Notes: a model not told the origin generated them from the letters alone. Counted from the first letter of the stretch, positions 24,876 to 38,484 are shown. The stretch is 64,000 nt of DNA from Octopus vulgaris (GCA_951406725.2 OX597818.1:89218001-89282000), one strand, 5' to 3'. Numbers and translations are program-made.

Positions 24876-25360
24876 ATATACACATACATATAAACTCACA
24901 CACACATACACACACACACACGGTGTCACACATGTACGTACACATACATATCCAACATACACACACACATGTGTGTTCGTACGCGCGTGTGTGTGTACGT
25001 GTGCAGGTGTGAGTGTGTGCGTTTGTATATGTGTGTGTGTGTGTGTGTGTGCGTTTGTATATGTGTGTGTGTGTGGGTGGGTGGGTGTGTGTGTACTCAT
25101 ACACAAATTCACACTAACACAGATAAAATTTTAGTTACATTTATTTTCGTTTTAGCTTCACTCAGCAAAGTTACACCTGACTGCTTGCTTGCAAACACAC
25201 GTATGCAGGCATGCATACAAGCATTTGTATAGAGATTTATTGGCATGTATGTATATATATGTATATACACACACAGACACACATATATATATATGTGTGT
25301 GTGTGTGTTTGTGTGTGTATACATGCATATATATATATATCACATATATATCTGATATGC

Positions 25361-25403
<43 letters not shown>

Positions 25404-25489
25404 TATACGTATATATATAATATATACATACATACACACACGTGCATGCATTTATAGACATTCGTGGAAATAATGACGGCGGGGTTCTT

Positions 25490-25511
25490 CAAGATGATGA
25501 TGATGATGATA

Positions 25512-25554
<43 letters not shown>

Positions 25555-26060
25555 CGATGATGATGGCGTCGGTAGTGGAGCGGGGTGGCGGGTGAGTGTG
25601 ATTATAGTGATAACGCTGAAGATGTTAAAAAGGGAAAGGAGTAGGTTGAGGAAGATCGGGATAAGGATGATGATGATAATCATCATCATCATCATCTTCA
25701 TCTTCATCATTATCACCATCATCACTCACACCATCATCATTATTGTCGTCGTCATCGTCGTCGTCGTCATCATCATCATCATCATCATCTCCGTCATCAT
25801 CATTTTCGTTGCAACGATTATGGAGGCGAGAATTTCAATAGCGGAGGCGCTGGTTGTGAAGGTTGTGGTAATGAAGCTAAGAGAACGTTCAACATGAGGC
25901 TAAAGGAACACAGGAAAGGAAGGAAAAAAAACATCAACAACAGCAACAACAACAGCAACAACAACAACAACAACAACAACAGCAAAAGCAATAACAACAA
26001 CAACTATAACGGAAGTAGTAGGAGCAGCAGTGGTAACAAAACTAACAACAAGATTATAAC
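25490..26060. repeat. (GAT)n/(CAT)n/(CAA)n compound repeats
   Basis: Directly visible. Confidence 0.9.
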
Positions 26061-26525
26061 AGCCTCCATTTAAATGGCGAACAAATGACTTCCGCCAACT
26101 TCAAAGTAATGCGAAGAAATCAAAATGAATGAAGAAGATTCGCCATATTTTTCCCCCTCGTTTGTAGTGTTTTTTAATAGCATCTAGTGTTAACATGACA
26201 TTTATGCATTTTTATACGGTATGACCACAATTAAAGCAACAACAGAACTAAAAACGCACATGTTCTCTTTCAATTAGCTAGCAAGATAGCTACTTATAGA
26301 TAGATTGGTAGCTTAGGAAATGTATACAATTCATGCTGATATATTGATGGACTGATAGACTAATAGATACGTATGCGCTGCAGATATTAAGTGTTTAAGC
26401 TCAGATAGCTAGATAAATATTTGTCCATCTTCCCACATTTTTTCTGTCTCTCTTTCTCTCTTTCTCTCTTTCTCACTCTGTCTTCCACTCACTCATAGGT
26501 ATATAAGTGTATATATATTAATATA

Positions 26526-26934
26526 GGCGTAGGAGTGGCTGTGTGGTAAAGTAGCTTGCTTACGAACCACATGGTTCCGGGTTCAGTCCCACTGCGTGGT
26601 ACCTTGGGCAAGTGTATTCTACTATAGCCTCGGGCCGACCAAAGCCCTGTGGGAGAACTTGGTGGACGGAAACTGAAAGAAGCCCGTCGTATATTTGTAT
26701 ATTTATATATATGTATGCATGTGTGTATACGCTTGTGTGTCTGTGTGTCCCCCCCCCCCCCCAACATCGCTTGACAACCGATGGAGGTGTGGTTACGTCC
26801 TCATAACTTAGCGGTTCAGCAAAAGAGACCGATAGAATAAGTACTAGGCTTCCAAAGAATAAGTCCTGGGGGCGATTTGCACGACTAAAAGCGGTGCTCC
26901 GGGATGGAAGTAAAAGAGTAAAAGAGTAAAAGAG
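26526..26934 (+). mobile_element. tRNA-derived SINE, family 1, near full length
   Basis: Same head, core and tail as 22301-22710. Confidence 0.88.
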
Positions 26935-26984
26935 TATATATAAATATATATATATTGCATAAATATATATAAATAAATATATTT

Positions 26985-27038
<54 letters not shown>

Positions 27039-27039
27039 A

Positions 27040-29254
27040 GCATACTCTCCAAAGGACTTAAATTTACACCTACCCCACAACGTTCTAATTACTATGAAAT
27101 GAAAGATGATATTTCGGAATTTTGCAGAAAACTAAGACTCACCGAGGCATTTCAAGACAAACAAATAGAGGAGGATTCAATAGCTAGAAACAAGAGCAAT
27201 TACACCCCCACCAAGGGAAAGAATAAAGCCTTAGACCGCTATTGTGACTACATAACTAATTTCCCGTTTCAATTCATCAAGAAACAAAAACACAGCCCTA
27301 ACTTCAACAAAAGAGAATGGACGACCTCATCAAACTAAGAGAAGACAAAACAATAACAATTAAGGAGGCAGATAAGGGCAACGCGATAGTAATAATGAAT
27401 ACAAACGATTATAAAAATTTAGTGCTATCCCTATTAAGAGATGAAACGTATTATGAAAGGGCCCAACAGTATAATCAGCAAAAAATAATGCATAACCTCA
27501 GGACATTAATCAACACATACCAAGAAGGACTCACGAACAAGGAGTATGAATACATCACTAACTTCAAATGCAAATCGAGTTTGTTCTATAGTATCCCTAA
27601 GGTACACAAAAGCCAAATAATTAGAGAAACGTGCAAAACTTCCACCGACATACTCATCAAAATCCCTTCACCAAATGATCTTAAACTAAGACCGATAATA
27701 GCAGGGCCAGCATGTGAAACCCACCGCCTCAGCAATTTCTTAGACACACTTCTTAAACCTTTCCTAAAACACATCAAAAGCTACGTAAGAGACGATATAG
27801 ATATGCTCAACCACCTCCCTAAAACAGTCAATGAGAAAACCCTTCTAGTATCATTCGACGTAGTTAATCTTTATTCTAACATCCCCCACAACCTAGGAAT
27901 AGAAGCGATCACCTTCTGGCTGAATAACTACCCCTTTGATCTCCCAACTCGCATAAACAAAGACCTTATAATAGAAGGACTTAGATTTATTTTAGAGAAC
28001 AATTATTTTATTTTTGACAATGATTTCTACAGACAAAGGTCGGGAACAGCGATGGGCACGCGTACTGCACCATCTTTTGCCAACCTAGTGATGGGATACC
28101 TCAAGAAAATACTCTACCGGATAACACTCGAGAAATATGGAAACACCTTCGCCACCTATATCCATAACAACTGGAAAAGATACCTCGATGACTGTTTCAT
28201 CATCTGGGACAAAGGTATAGAGAAACTTGAGGAATTTAAAATACTATTAAATGGAATAAATGACAATATACAATTCACGATGGACCACAACGAAAAAGAA
28301 TTACCATTTTTAGACATCCTCATTAAGAAAACCGGTAACAAAATAGAGACAGATATCTACTATAAACCGACAGTCTCCAAACAGTACCTACCCTTTGATT
28401 CATGCCACCCACGACACACTAGAATGAATGTCCCTTTTTGTTTAGCTAGAAGGATTTGCACCATAATATCAGACACAAACACCCGACACACACGTCTCCA
28501 GGAACTTAGAACCACACTCACAAATAGAAATTATCCACAGCCCCTAATAGACAGTGCAATCCAACGTGTACTTAAATTAAGTATAGAAGACCTGAGACAA
28601 ACAAAACCAAAAAAGAAAGAACAATTAAAAACCCTTCCCTACATCTCTACACACAACCCACTCAACAATGAGGCCTTCAACACCATACTACAAAGCACAG
28701 CCCTACTTAAGGGAGACCCAAAGATGAACCGGATCCTCGAAACACACACCATCATTAAAAGTAAACGGCAACCAAAATCCTTGAAAAGGATTTTAACCCA
28801 AGCTACACTGCACTCAACATCAACCACAAAACCAGCAGTTAGAAAATGTGGAAGGCCCAACTGCGGAATCTGCGACATCTTGAAAGAAGGATCAGAATTT
28901 ATACTAGAACAAGGCCACCAGTTCACCATTAGAACAAACTTCACCTGCGCATCAGAAAACTTAATTTACGTCATAACATGCGCAGGCTGCAATAGGCAGT
29001 ATATAGGCCACACAAAAAATAGCTTATGTAACAGGATGGCGGTGCATAAATCACAAATTAGAAACCCTGATTACCGGAAAATACCGGTCAGCGGACACAT
29101 AGATAGATGTGCTGGAAATGTAAATCCGAAATTTACAACTAACCCGCTCTATAAATTCAGTGACAACGCAACCTTCACGCAACGCCAAAATAAAGAACTG
29201 CATTTCATAAAAAAATTTAAACCAAGTTTAAACACCCTGGGCCAGGAATATTAA
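27040..29254 (+). pseudogene. PLE RT + GIY-YIG ORF split by one frameshift near 27320
   Basis: ILSKGLKFTPTP..FCRKLRL (first frame), then IKEADKGNAIVIM, PKVHK, LRPII, FDVVNLYSNIP, GTAMGT, WKRYLDD, LPFLD, SCHP, CGRPNCGIC, NLIYVITCAGC..YIG.T. Confidence 0.93.
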
Positions 29255-29445
29255 AACAAAAGATAGGTCCTCCGAAAAGGAGAAGCAAAATTCCACCACG
29301 GCCGCTACCTTAAACAGTCACTCACACTGACGGAAATATGCCTTAGGAAAAAAAGGGAAAAAAATTTATAAAAAGATCTCTTCGTACAAATCTAACCCTG
29401 ATGGACTGACCACATACGATACAGCTAAGGGTCAGACCCGATTCT

Positions 29446-29827
29446 GATTGGTCAACACGTTGATGACGTCTAATTCTGCTAGACTGGACAGGATACAGAC
29501 AAGGGGCAGAGATTAGTCAGAATATTGATGACGTCCTTTTCTGCTTGACTAGTCACCTAACAGGTACAGACAAGGGGCAGATCTAATACAGCTATAAGTC
29601 GTGATTGGTCAGAATTTTGATGACGTCCCGTTCTGCTTGACTAAGCCACCTAACGAAACGATTGGTCAAAACAGGATACAGACAATAGGCAGTTATAATA
29701 CAGCGATAGGTCACGATTGGTCAGAATGTTGATGACGTCCCGTTCTGCTTGACTAAGCCACCTAACGAAACGATTGGTCAAAACGTTGATGACGTCACGT
29801 TACGCTGGACTGACCAGTGTTATAAAA
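29446..29827 (+). promoter_or_regulatory. Candidate Pol II promoter: repeated inverted CCAAT + CRE-like modules followed by a TATA box
   Basis: GATT(G/A)GTCA at 29446, 29511, 29603, 29660, 29715, 29772; TGACGTC at 29464, 29529, 29621, 29733, 29790 (last is the perfect TGACGTCA); TATAAAA at 29821. Confidence 0.6.
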
Positions 29828-30141
29828 CCTGGACAATTCACAAGATTCGCCAGAATCATCCAGCGAACACCACAGTTGCTCAAGGTAAAAATGAATTCCT
29901 CTCTCTTTCAGGAACATCAGTTTTTTGTATTGACTACATATCGCCGCTTTGATCTGTTTTTTGTATTGGATGCATGTCACCACCGTGAACCGCTGCATCA
30001 TGCACTTTAAACATATAGCATGAACGAACTCACTTCAAACTATATATTTATGAACTTTATGATGGCTGACACCGTTGTGTATTATAAATGAATTTCTTGT
30101 GATTGATAGCATGAACTATCTTTTTTTATATATAACTTCTT

Positions 30142-30176
30142 TTGATAAGGTTCATTTCAGGAACTGAAACATGTTA
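30142..30176 (+). ncRNA. Degenerate hammerhead-like motif at the PLE2 3' end
   Basis: TTGATAA-GGTTC-ATTTCAG-GAACT-GAAAC-ATGTT; stem II and palindrome present, helix I not evident. Confidence 0.4.
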
Positions 30177-30237
30177 TAATGTATATATAAAAATTAAAAA
30201 TTGTATAATATAGCAGCATTTTCGGACTTCATTTTTT

Positions 30238-30272
<35 letters not shown>

Positions 30273-30275
<3 letters not shown>

Positions 30276-31516
30276 CACAAAATGATGGAAACACCTAGTG
30301 TCATAGCATCAAAACTTTGAAATATCTATAAAACTGTCAAAAGCTTGTTTATTTTTATGTTTTTTTATTTATTGCTAGTGTTGTTTAATATGCTTTACTA
30401 AAATTGCTGTTTCTTTTCAGATATCATTAGGAAAAGGTAATTAAAATTCATTAAAATGACAGATCTATCGGACTTTCAAAGAGGTCAAATTGTTAGTGCT
30501 CGAATGGCAGGCGCTACCATAACGAAACAGCCGAAATATTTGGTGTAATCAAGTAGTACTGTCTTGATAGTAATGACAGCCTTTGGGGAAGAGGGAAAAA
30601 CCTCCTCGTCAAAACAAAACACCGGAAGAGAACCAAAACTTTCAGATATGGACCGTCGGACTCTTACGCGAATTGCTAGAAAGGATCACAAAAGTAAAGC
30701 TCCCAAAATTAGTCGGGGGGGGGCGTAATGACCACCTCGAGAACCCAGTTTCTACAGAAACTGTTCAACGGGAGCTGCACAAAGCCAAGATTTCACGATG
30801 GCTGCTATCATAAAACTTCTACTTTCAAAAACAAATGTTGCAAAGCGTTTAAAGTGGTCCCTAAAGCAATGGAAGAATGTTATTTTCTCGGACGAATCGT
30901 CCTTTACCTTATTTCCGACCACCGGCCGAATACACGTGTGGAGACAGCCGAAAGAAGCATTTGACCCAACTGCCTTCATGGAGGATGATCAGTCCCATGA
31001 TCGTGGCACCTTGGGTAAGCATCTTCTATTATAACATCCGCCGGTCCAAAGACTCGTAGATTACATTTGGGAGACGGAAACTGATTTAAGAAGCCCGTTT
31101 TATATATATGTATATATGTGTGTGTGTGTGTGTGTGTTATATTTATGTGTGCGTTCTTTTAGAATGATAATGCACCAATTCACACCATCGCTTACAACCG
31201 ATGTCGAGTGAACATTCTACGTACCCGTAATCTTATCTGGCCACCACAGTCCCCAGATGCCAATATTATTGAACATATATTGTGTATTTTAGAAAAACAA
31301 GTAAGGAGTAGACATCTTCCGCCATCATTACTACAACCGAACTGGCGGTGCTCCTCCATGGTGTCAGTCAAAGACTAAAAGAATATATATACATATATAT
31401 ATATATATATGTACAAGCGTGTGTATCACGTTGACGATGTTTTTCCTCCGTCTACCCATACTAAAATAAATTTGCTAGAAATTTTAAGGTGTTTCCATTA
31501 TTTTGTCCAAATCCTG
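30273..31516 (+). mobile_element. Decayed Tc1-family DNA transposon
   Basis: TIR remnants (CAAAATRATGGAAACACCT) at 30273-30296 and 31487-31516 plus TA; MTDLSDFQRGQIV at 30456, WKNVIFSDES, DNAPIH, WPPQSPDANIIE; frameshifts and scrambled middle. Confidence 0.88.
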
Positions 31517-31557
<41 letters not shown>

Positions 31558-31682
31558 GATAGGTAAAGTCGACTTCGACGGTATTTGAACTCAGAACCTA
31601 AAGATAGAATACTGCTAAGCATTTTTCCCGGTTCCGTAACGATTCTACCAGTTCGCCTTATACATACATACATACATACATG

Positions 31683-31748
<66 letters not shown>

Positions 31749-31886
31749 AATACATACATAGACACATAAATACATACATAGACACATAAATACATACATA
31801 GACACGTACATATAGAATTACATTTATGCAGACAAACATACATATGTGCATACATACATATACACACATGCACATACATACATTGA

Positions 31887-31939
<53 letters not shown>

Positions 31940-31940
<1 letters not shown>

Positions 31941-32554
31941 GATAAAACGTACTTAGAAGTGGATGTGTGCGTTCTATCATATAATAACAAAATAATAAAT
32001 AAAACATATGCATATATACATACATATATGTACGTACCTACACCTATATGTATATATACATGGATATATGGGTACAGGACACCAAAAAAACGTCGAACAC
32101 AATGAGAAACGAAAACATAAACACAAAACCAAGGAAATGGACATTATTCTTAAACAACGAAAAATTAGAGTACAAGACATACAACACAAGGAACATTCCC
32201 CTTCTTCAGCCGTCTCTGTTTCATCTACTCCGCGTTTCGAAGGTAAAGGCGAGACACGACTTCGTTGAAACAAGCCTTCCCGGAAAAGCAAAATAAATAA
32301 AATTTGAGATTTTTTTGCGGGTGTAAAAATGGTAACAAAAACAGGACAGTAAAAACAATACAAAATATAAACAGTAAAATACAGGACAAGGAGAATAACA
32401 GTAACACGAACATTGAGGGCTGTTAGAACGCACGCATCCACTTCTAAGTAAGTTTTATCTTAATATTAATAATGATGCGCACTTTTAACCTTTCTGTCCC
32501 CCTCCCTCTCTCATCCTTCATTCTTTCTGGTTTCCTTTTCTTCTTACCTTACTG

Positions 32555-32591
<37 letters not shown>

Positions 32592-33183
32592 CTTCATTCT
32601 TTCTGGTTTTTTCTACAACCCTTCCCTTTTTACTCTCCCTTTCTCTTACTCATCCTCCTCCCTCCCATCGCTGACACGCGACGACAAGGCCACTACTGTC
32701 TTTCTGACCCGGCTTCCTTCAAGTGTAGACGGCGTTCCCTGTCTCTCTCGCCGTTTTCAAAGCGTTCAAAATATTTTTTCATTCGTTCTGGCTTAACAGC
32801 CCTCAATGTTCGTGTTACTGTTATTCTCCTCGTCCTGTCTTTTACTGTTTATATTTTGTATTGTTTTTACTGTCCTGTTTTTGTTACCATTTTTACCCCT
32901 CCACAAAAAAATCTCAAATTTTATTTAATCTGCTTTTGCGGGAAGGACTGTTTCAACGAAGTCGTGTCTCGCCTTTACCTTCGAAACGCGGACTAGATGA
33001 AACAGAGGCGGTTGAAGAAGTGGAATGTTCCTTGTGTTGTATGTCTTGTACTCTATTTTTTCGTTGCCTAAGAAAATTGTCCATTTCCTTGGTTTTGTAT
33101 TTATGTTTTCGTTTCTCATTGTGTAGATGTAGGTACGTACATATATGTATGTATATATGCATATGTTTTATTCATTATTTTGT

Positions 33184-33190
<7 letters not shown>
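31940..33190. mobile_element. Element with about 400-bp inverted arms around a CT-rich spacer (probable PLE inverted pLTR remnant)
   Basis: About 31980-32426 vs 32794-33190 in reverse complement; extra short IR 31940-31977/32423-32460; bounded by (TA)n. Confidence 0.75.
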
Positions 33191-33223
<33 letters not shown>

Positions 33224-34064
33224 AATTGGACATGGGCGATTGTTGTATTCTTTCTTGTCTTTAGGTCCACAGCCAAACGGCTGGGTGGATTCACGTAAAA
33301 ATGGCACACATGTGGAAACAGGTACATATATTGGAATGCGATTAGTATTTTTTCTTAGTTCCCATACTTACAGAGAAAATTGATTAAAAATTTTTCTTAT
33401 GGCATTCCCCTGTTTGTTCCGCCATTAAAACAACCAGTTGCTCACACAGCAGGCATAAACCATTTCGCTAGCAACAAGGGGAGTACAGGATGAATGTCAG
33501 CCAAAACTTCTGTTATGCTGTCTCTCTTCTTTCACTTCTTTGTGGGGTTTACCTTAAAAGACGTCAATCATCACGACACACACCTTCACTCACTCACTCT
33601 ATATCTCTTTATCACCCTCTTTCTCTCTCACATACACACGCGCAAGCACAGACGCACGCACACACACACCCACACGCACGCGCGCGCGCGCACACGCACG
33701 CACACACACATCCATTTCATATATCTTCTTTCAATTTCGGCTCTCTGCAAATAAAATTTTTACGGATACAACTGCCTACAGAAATAGGGATTAATGTATA
33801 ATGTCTTTCTGTGTTCATAATTAAATCAATGTTTTAATCATAAGACAGAGGTCCAATACAATAGCTCTCAGAAACAGACTACGTACAAATTTGTTCTTCA
33901 CAACTCCTAAAGCTGTTTTCTGGCAAGGTTGGGGGAGAATCAGGGAAATTTCATATAGCTGGAGGCTCCAATCGAAACAGGAGACCCGAAATGATAAGGT
34001 TGAGAAACACTGTTATAGATTATGCCTAACCGAAAGCGATCACAGCCACATCATCCAAACAGAC

Positions 34065-34090
34065 CGGGTGAAACCGGGTTTAGCTGCTAG
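34065..34090 (+). mobile_element. Helitron-like 3' terminus
   Basis: CCGG-GTGAAA-CCGG hairpin followed by CTAG; 5' end not identified. Confidence 0.4.
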
Positions 34091-34111
34091 CATATATATA
34101 CATGTAACTTT

Positions 34112-34265
34112 GTATGTATGTCATTGTTCAGTTTTATTTCAAGATTTCTTGCCAATAGAGAAAGAACCGGTTTCTAACCTAGATCCAAGGCACCTTTATT
34201 GGAATTACAACATCAACAAGCTGGGCATTTTTGTTTGTATGTATATATGTACATATGTATGTATG

Positions 34266-34297
<32 letters not shown>

Positions 34298-34870
34298 TGT
34301 ATGCATATGAGCAGATTTGTATGTTTTATGCATGTATTCTCATGCATGTAGTTGCATATCTAGACATGCATATATATATATTTAAATGATAAACTTCTGG
34401 GAAGTTTTACAGATATTTACAGTTCCGGTGCTGGACTTGATCTGTAGTCTTCGAATTAACCATCTCCTTTCTGGTTTTGAGAAGTCTAATTTCTGAAGAT
34501 TGGTATTTAGGCAGTGTATTACATATCCCAGGGCCCCAATAATTACAGGTATAAACCTGAACTTGTAATCTAGATAGAGTAACTGCAGATTTCTCAATAG
34601 TTCAGCAGAGGTGTTTTCTTTTCACTTACCTTCAGCTTTATGTTAACATGAGCTGGACAGCTAAGTTCCACAATTGTGTGCAGTTTCTCTTCTCTATCCC
34701 AAATCATTACATCAGGCTTGTTGTGCTTACATTTTATTGAGGTCTTCATTGGTACATTCCATCAGTATTCTCTTTTATTATGAGTGGCTATGGCATCTAC
34801 GATATTGTGGGTTCTTATTTCTCTGTCCTCAGGATTATCCTTCCAACAGATTTCATTATAGAGTGCCTTA
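34112..34870 (-). mobile_element. 3' part of an RLE-type (R4-like) non-LTR element ending in (CATA)n
   Basis: KPDVMIWDREEK..VELSCP, LLRNLQLLY..FIPVIIGALG..GTVNICKT; second copy at 59543-60293. Confidence 0.85.
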
Positions 34871-35005
34871 CCTATATCATGTCTCATGTATGTATGTATG
34901 TATGTATGTATGTATGTATGTATGTATGTATGTATGTATGTATGTTTATGTCAGATCACTTTCGAGTGCTACTAGTAACATGTAACCCAGTACAACCTGT
35001 TGCAT

Positions 35006-35306
35006 GGTCGGGTCGTCGGCGACTAAACCGGCAATCCCACCTAGCTTGCTTGGTGAGGAGGGTGCTTATTGGACACGCTGCGGGATGAAAAACAAAACCC
35101 GTCAAAGGGCGGAGGAACTCTTGGGAGTCAACGGCCATCCAATAAATGTGTAATTTTTTTTTCTTAAGGCTTAAGGCTGTATCATGCGCGGGGACATAGA
35201 AATAATCGGACAGAATACCCGCTGGCGCGGTTAAACCATTGGAAGTGAAGGACTCCTAGCCCTTGTTAAGGCCTCCTTCTAGGAGAAGGTAACTCGGATA
35301 ACTGGT
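35006..35306 (+). ncRNA. Candidate HDV-like ribozyme (degenerate) in a non-LTR 5' UTR-like segment
   Basis: P1 GGTCGGG/CTTGCTT (1 mismatch), P2 ACCGG/CTGGT, P3 CAA/TAG (1 mismatch), L3 TCCCACC, GG for P1.1, P4 base TGAG/CTCG, J4/2 GATAA. Confidence 0.45.
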
Positions 35307-35814
35307 ATAACTCCGACATAAAACCTGCGGCCCAGTGGTTACCGATGATGTTGACTTGTTCTTCTTTTCGGATTATGGCTACTGTTGCTTAGTGAGTGGG
35401 ATTGACTCAGTGCACAGCCTTTCCTCACTTTAAAACAAATCTTCTTGCACAGACATTGCACGATAACAACATTATTCATGATTGTTGATGGTGCTGTGAG
35501 TCTCAACTGAATGGCTGGCTGTAGCCTTAAAAAGCAAATAAAATTCACATTCGATCACAACACCAATAACAGTTAAGCTTCGTGCAATGGTCATACTCGA
35601 TAACGAGGGTCAGCCATCATCATGTATGTATGTATGTATGTATGTATGTATGTATGTATGTATGTATGTATGTATGTATAGAAAATGACAAATCCCGGCT
35701 TGTTAGGTTGATGTTCGGATACCGCATTAGTGTGGTTGTTAGCACATTCATATCGCTCACAGTAGAAGCGAGGTTCAATTCGCGTTAGCGAAGATACTTT
35801 TTCCTAGGTATCCA

Positions 35815-35880
<66 letters not shown>

Positions 35881-35988
35881 TATAATGTGAGACGGGGAGG
35901 GTGAGAGATACCCATACATTACATTTTTGCGATGATTAATTATCACGTATCCTGTGGAGCACGAAATATGTGTGCGTGTATATATATT

Positions 35989-36049
<61 letters not shown>

Positions 36050-36994
36050 GCTCACACATACACACATATATATATGTATATGCACACACACACACACACA
36101 ATATATATATAATACACATAGTGGATAATAAGGCACGTATTCCCTCCACGGGACATTCCGTAATTAGTCACAACGAAATAATTTTTGGTTGTATTTCTCA
36201 AGGAATATTCTTATAGATTGTGAATTATTTGGGAGTGTGATAACAAGTGTAGAGAGTGAATAGATAGACAGAAAATGGTAACTTTTGGAACACTATATAA
36301 AGGAATCAGACTTGATCTTGCCTCGAGGCAAGACTTCAGCTCAAAAATCTTGTTTAGAAAAACTGTATCCTTTTTTAGGTGGTATAAATATATATCTGCG
36401 AGCGTCTACATACATACATACATACATACATACATACATACAAACATACATACATACAAACATACATACATACATACAAACGTACGTACATACATAATTA
36501 CATACATACATACGTATGTGTGTGCCGTGTGTACGTATATGTATGCATACATATAGAAGTTCGTATATCTAAATATTTTTATACGCAAAACGTATGTAAA
36601 CATATATATATAGACAGAGAGGTGGGGGTGGAGAAAAAGTTTTCTTAAATTCAAATTATCAATTAAATAGATTTTTTAAATAGCCCAGAAACAAAGGCAT
36701 AATGGAAAAGAGTTTTTCTCTAAGCTCATTTACTCCTTCGGATTTTCAAACACGTAATAATCTCTAAGCTTCTAATATTTTCTTTATATAATTAATACTT
36801 TTAAATTCAAAAATACTTTTCTTTTGTTATTATGATCGTATCAATTTTTTTCTTCTATTTCATATATATGTGAGTACGTGTTTGCATGTGTGTGCATTTG
36901 TATATATATATATGTATGTTTCTTCTATTTTTTAAGTATTATAAATCTTCCACTGAGGATAGAAGGTTCCATCTTGGATGTAATTAACACAGAC

Positions 36995-37218
36995 AAGTTC
37001 ACATGTGGAACTTCAGAAAAGTCTTGCATATATTTACTGTTCCACTCACAGATTGCACTTTTAGTGTATGAATTAGCCGGTCGATTCTTCTTTCTGAACA
37101 TCCTAGTTTATTCAAATTCTCCTTTAAGCATTTACTAACAAAACCTAGTGCTCCAATTATTATTGGTATGAATATGAATTCATAGTCTGGATATAGAAGC
37201 TGGATGTTTCGAATAAGT
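36995..37218 (-). pseudogene. RLE C-terminus fragment, divergent relative of the 34112 family
   Basis: LIRNIQLLYPDYEFIFIPIIIGALG...GTVNICKTFLKF; truncated at (TATG)n. Confidence 0.75.
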
Positions 37219-38137
37219 TTGTATGTATGTATGTATGTATGTATGTATGTATGTATGTATGTATGTATGCATGCATGTATATGTATGTATGTGTGTTTAA
37301 ACACACACACACACACACATACACGTATGTATATACAGAAGGTTGTTTGTCATGGCCGGTCAGAGAGTGATCATTAATTTCGCGCACCTATAAAGAGGTT
37401 AGCTGTATAGGCAACTTGTCAAACTGAAATAGCAGGAGGTACATAACCTCCCTAAAAATGGTGGGATAAAAACATCGTGCTCAATAAATTTTATAAACAA
37501 AAAATTCCCAGGACAAATAATTCTGTACTAGTACAGTCTTTGGTGAGACGGAGATATCCCCTTTACATCGGTTCCAGTTGTATCGAGAACGACTTCTATC
37601 GAAATAGGTAATAGTTTCCTAGATTACAAAAGAAGAATTCTATGTTCGCAACAGGAATTTTCATTGATGAAGTCATTGACTAATCGTTTCGTTTTTTGGA
37701 AATTAAAAGCGTTCCCGGATCAAGTGAGTTTGTATAAGTATGTGTTGTATGTGTGCGTGTGTGTCTTCTTTTTGGAACGGTTTAACTCGAAGCAAATACA
37801 GCTATAAATAATACTTCCTTTATTTTATTCTTTTATTGATTTCAAATTTTCGCACAAGGCCAGCAATTTTGCGGATGGACTAAACCGATTACATCGTCCC
37901 CACGAACCAGAAAGGGTGAAAAGCACTAGTGACCTCGCCGGAATTTGAATTCAGAACGTAAAAGCCGGACGAAATACCACTTAGCCTGAGGTGCTAACGA
38001 TTCTTCCAGCACACCACCATAATGGCGTGTAAATATTAGGTTAAAAAAACACTGTGGATAAAAAACATCGAAGGCTGCCCTCGTCACGAACCCACATCTT
38101 TTGTACATTGATAGATATAGATATAAATACATATATA

Positions 38138-38198
<61 letters not shown>

Positions 38199-38484
38199 GT
38201 GTGTGTGTGTGTGTTTATATCTTTTTACTTGATTCCTTCGTTGGACTAAGGCCAAGCTGGAGTAACATCTAAAGTGATTTTAGTCCAACAAATCGCTCAC
38301 GGTACTTATTTATCTTATTCTATCGGTTTATTTCACTGAACTGCTAAGTGTCAGAGAATGACACAAACCAACACCAGTTGTTAAGCGATAGAATGAGGAC
38401 GTACATAAACACAAAGACAGACAGACAAACAAAAGCACACATGCACATATGTCAATGTATGTGTATACATATATATGCATATAT

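Larger units (their letters stand above)
27038..30241 (+). mobile_element. Near full-length Penelope-like retroelement (PLE2, Neptune-like) flanked by (TA)n
   Basis: ORF region 27040-29254 plus about 1 kb of 3' region; (TA)n on both sides. Confidence 0.92.

Noticed and set aside
32190-32290. Type II hammerhead (CCTTC-GAAAC...CTGAAGA-AGGGG, minus strand; similar at 21680-21725)
   Set aside because: No UH triplet or helix I pairing found
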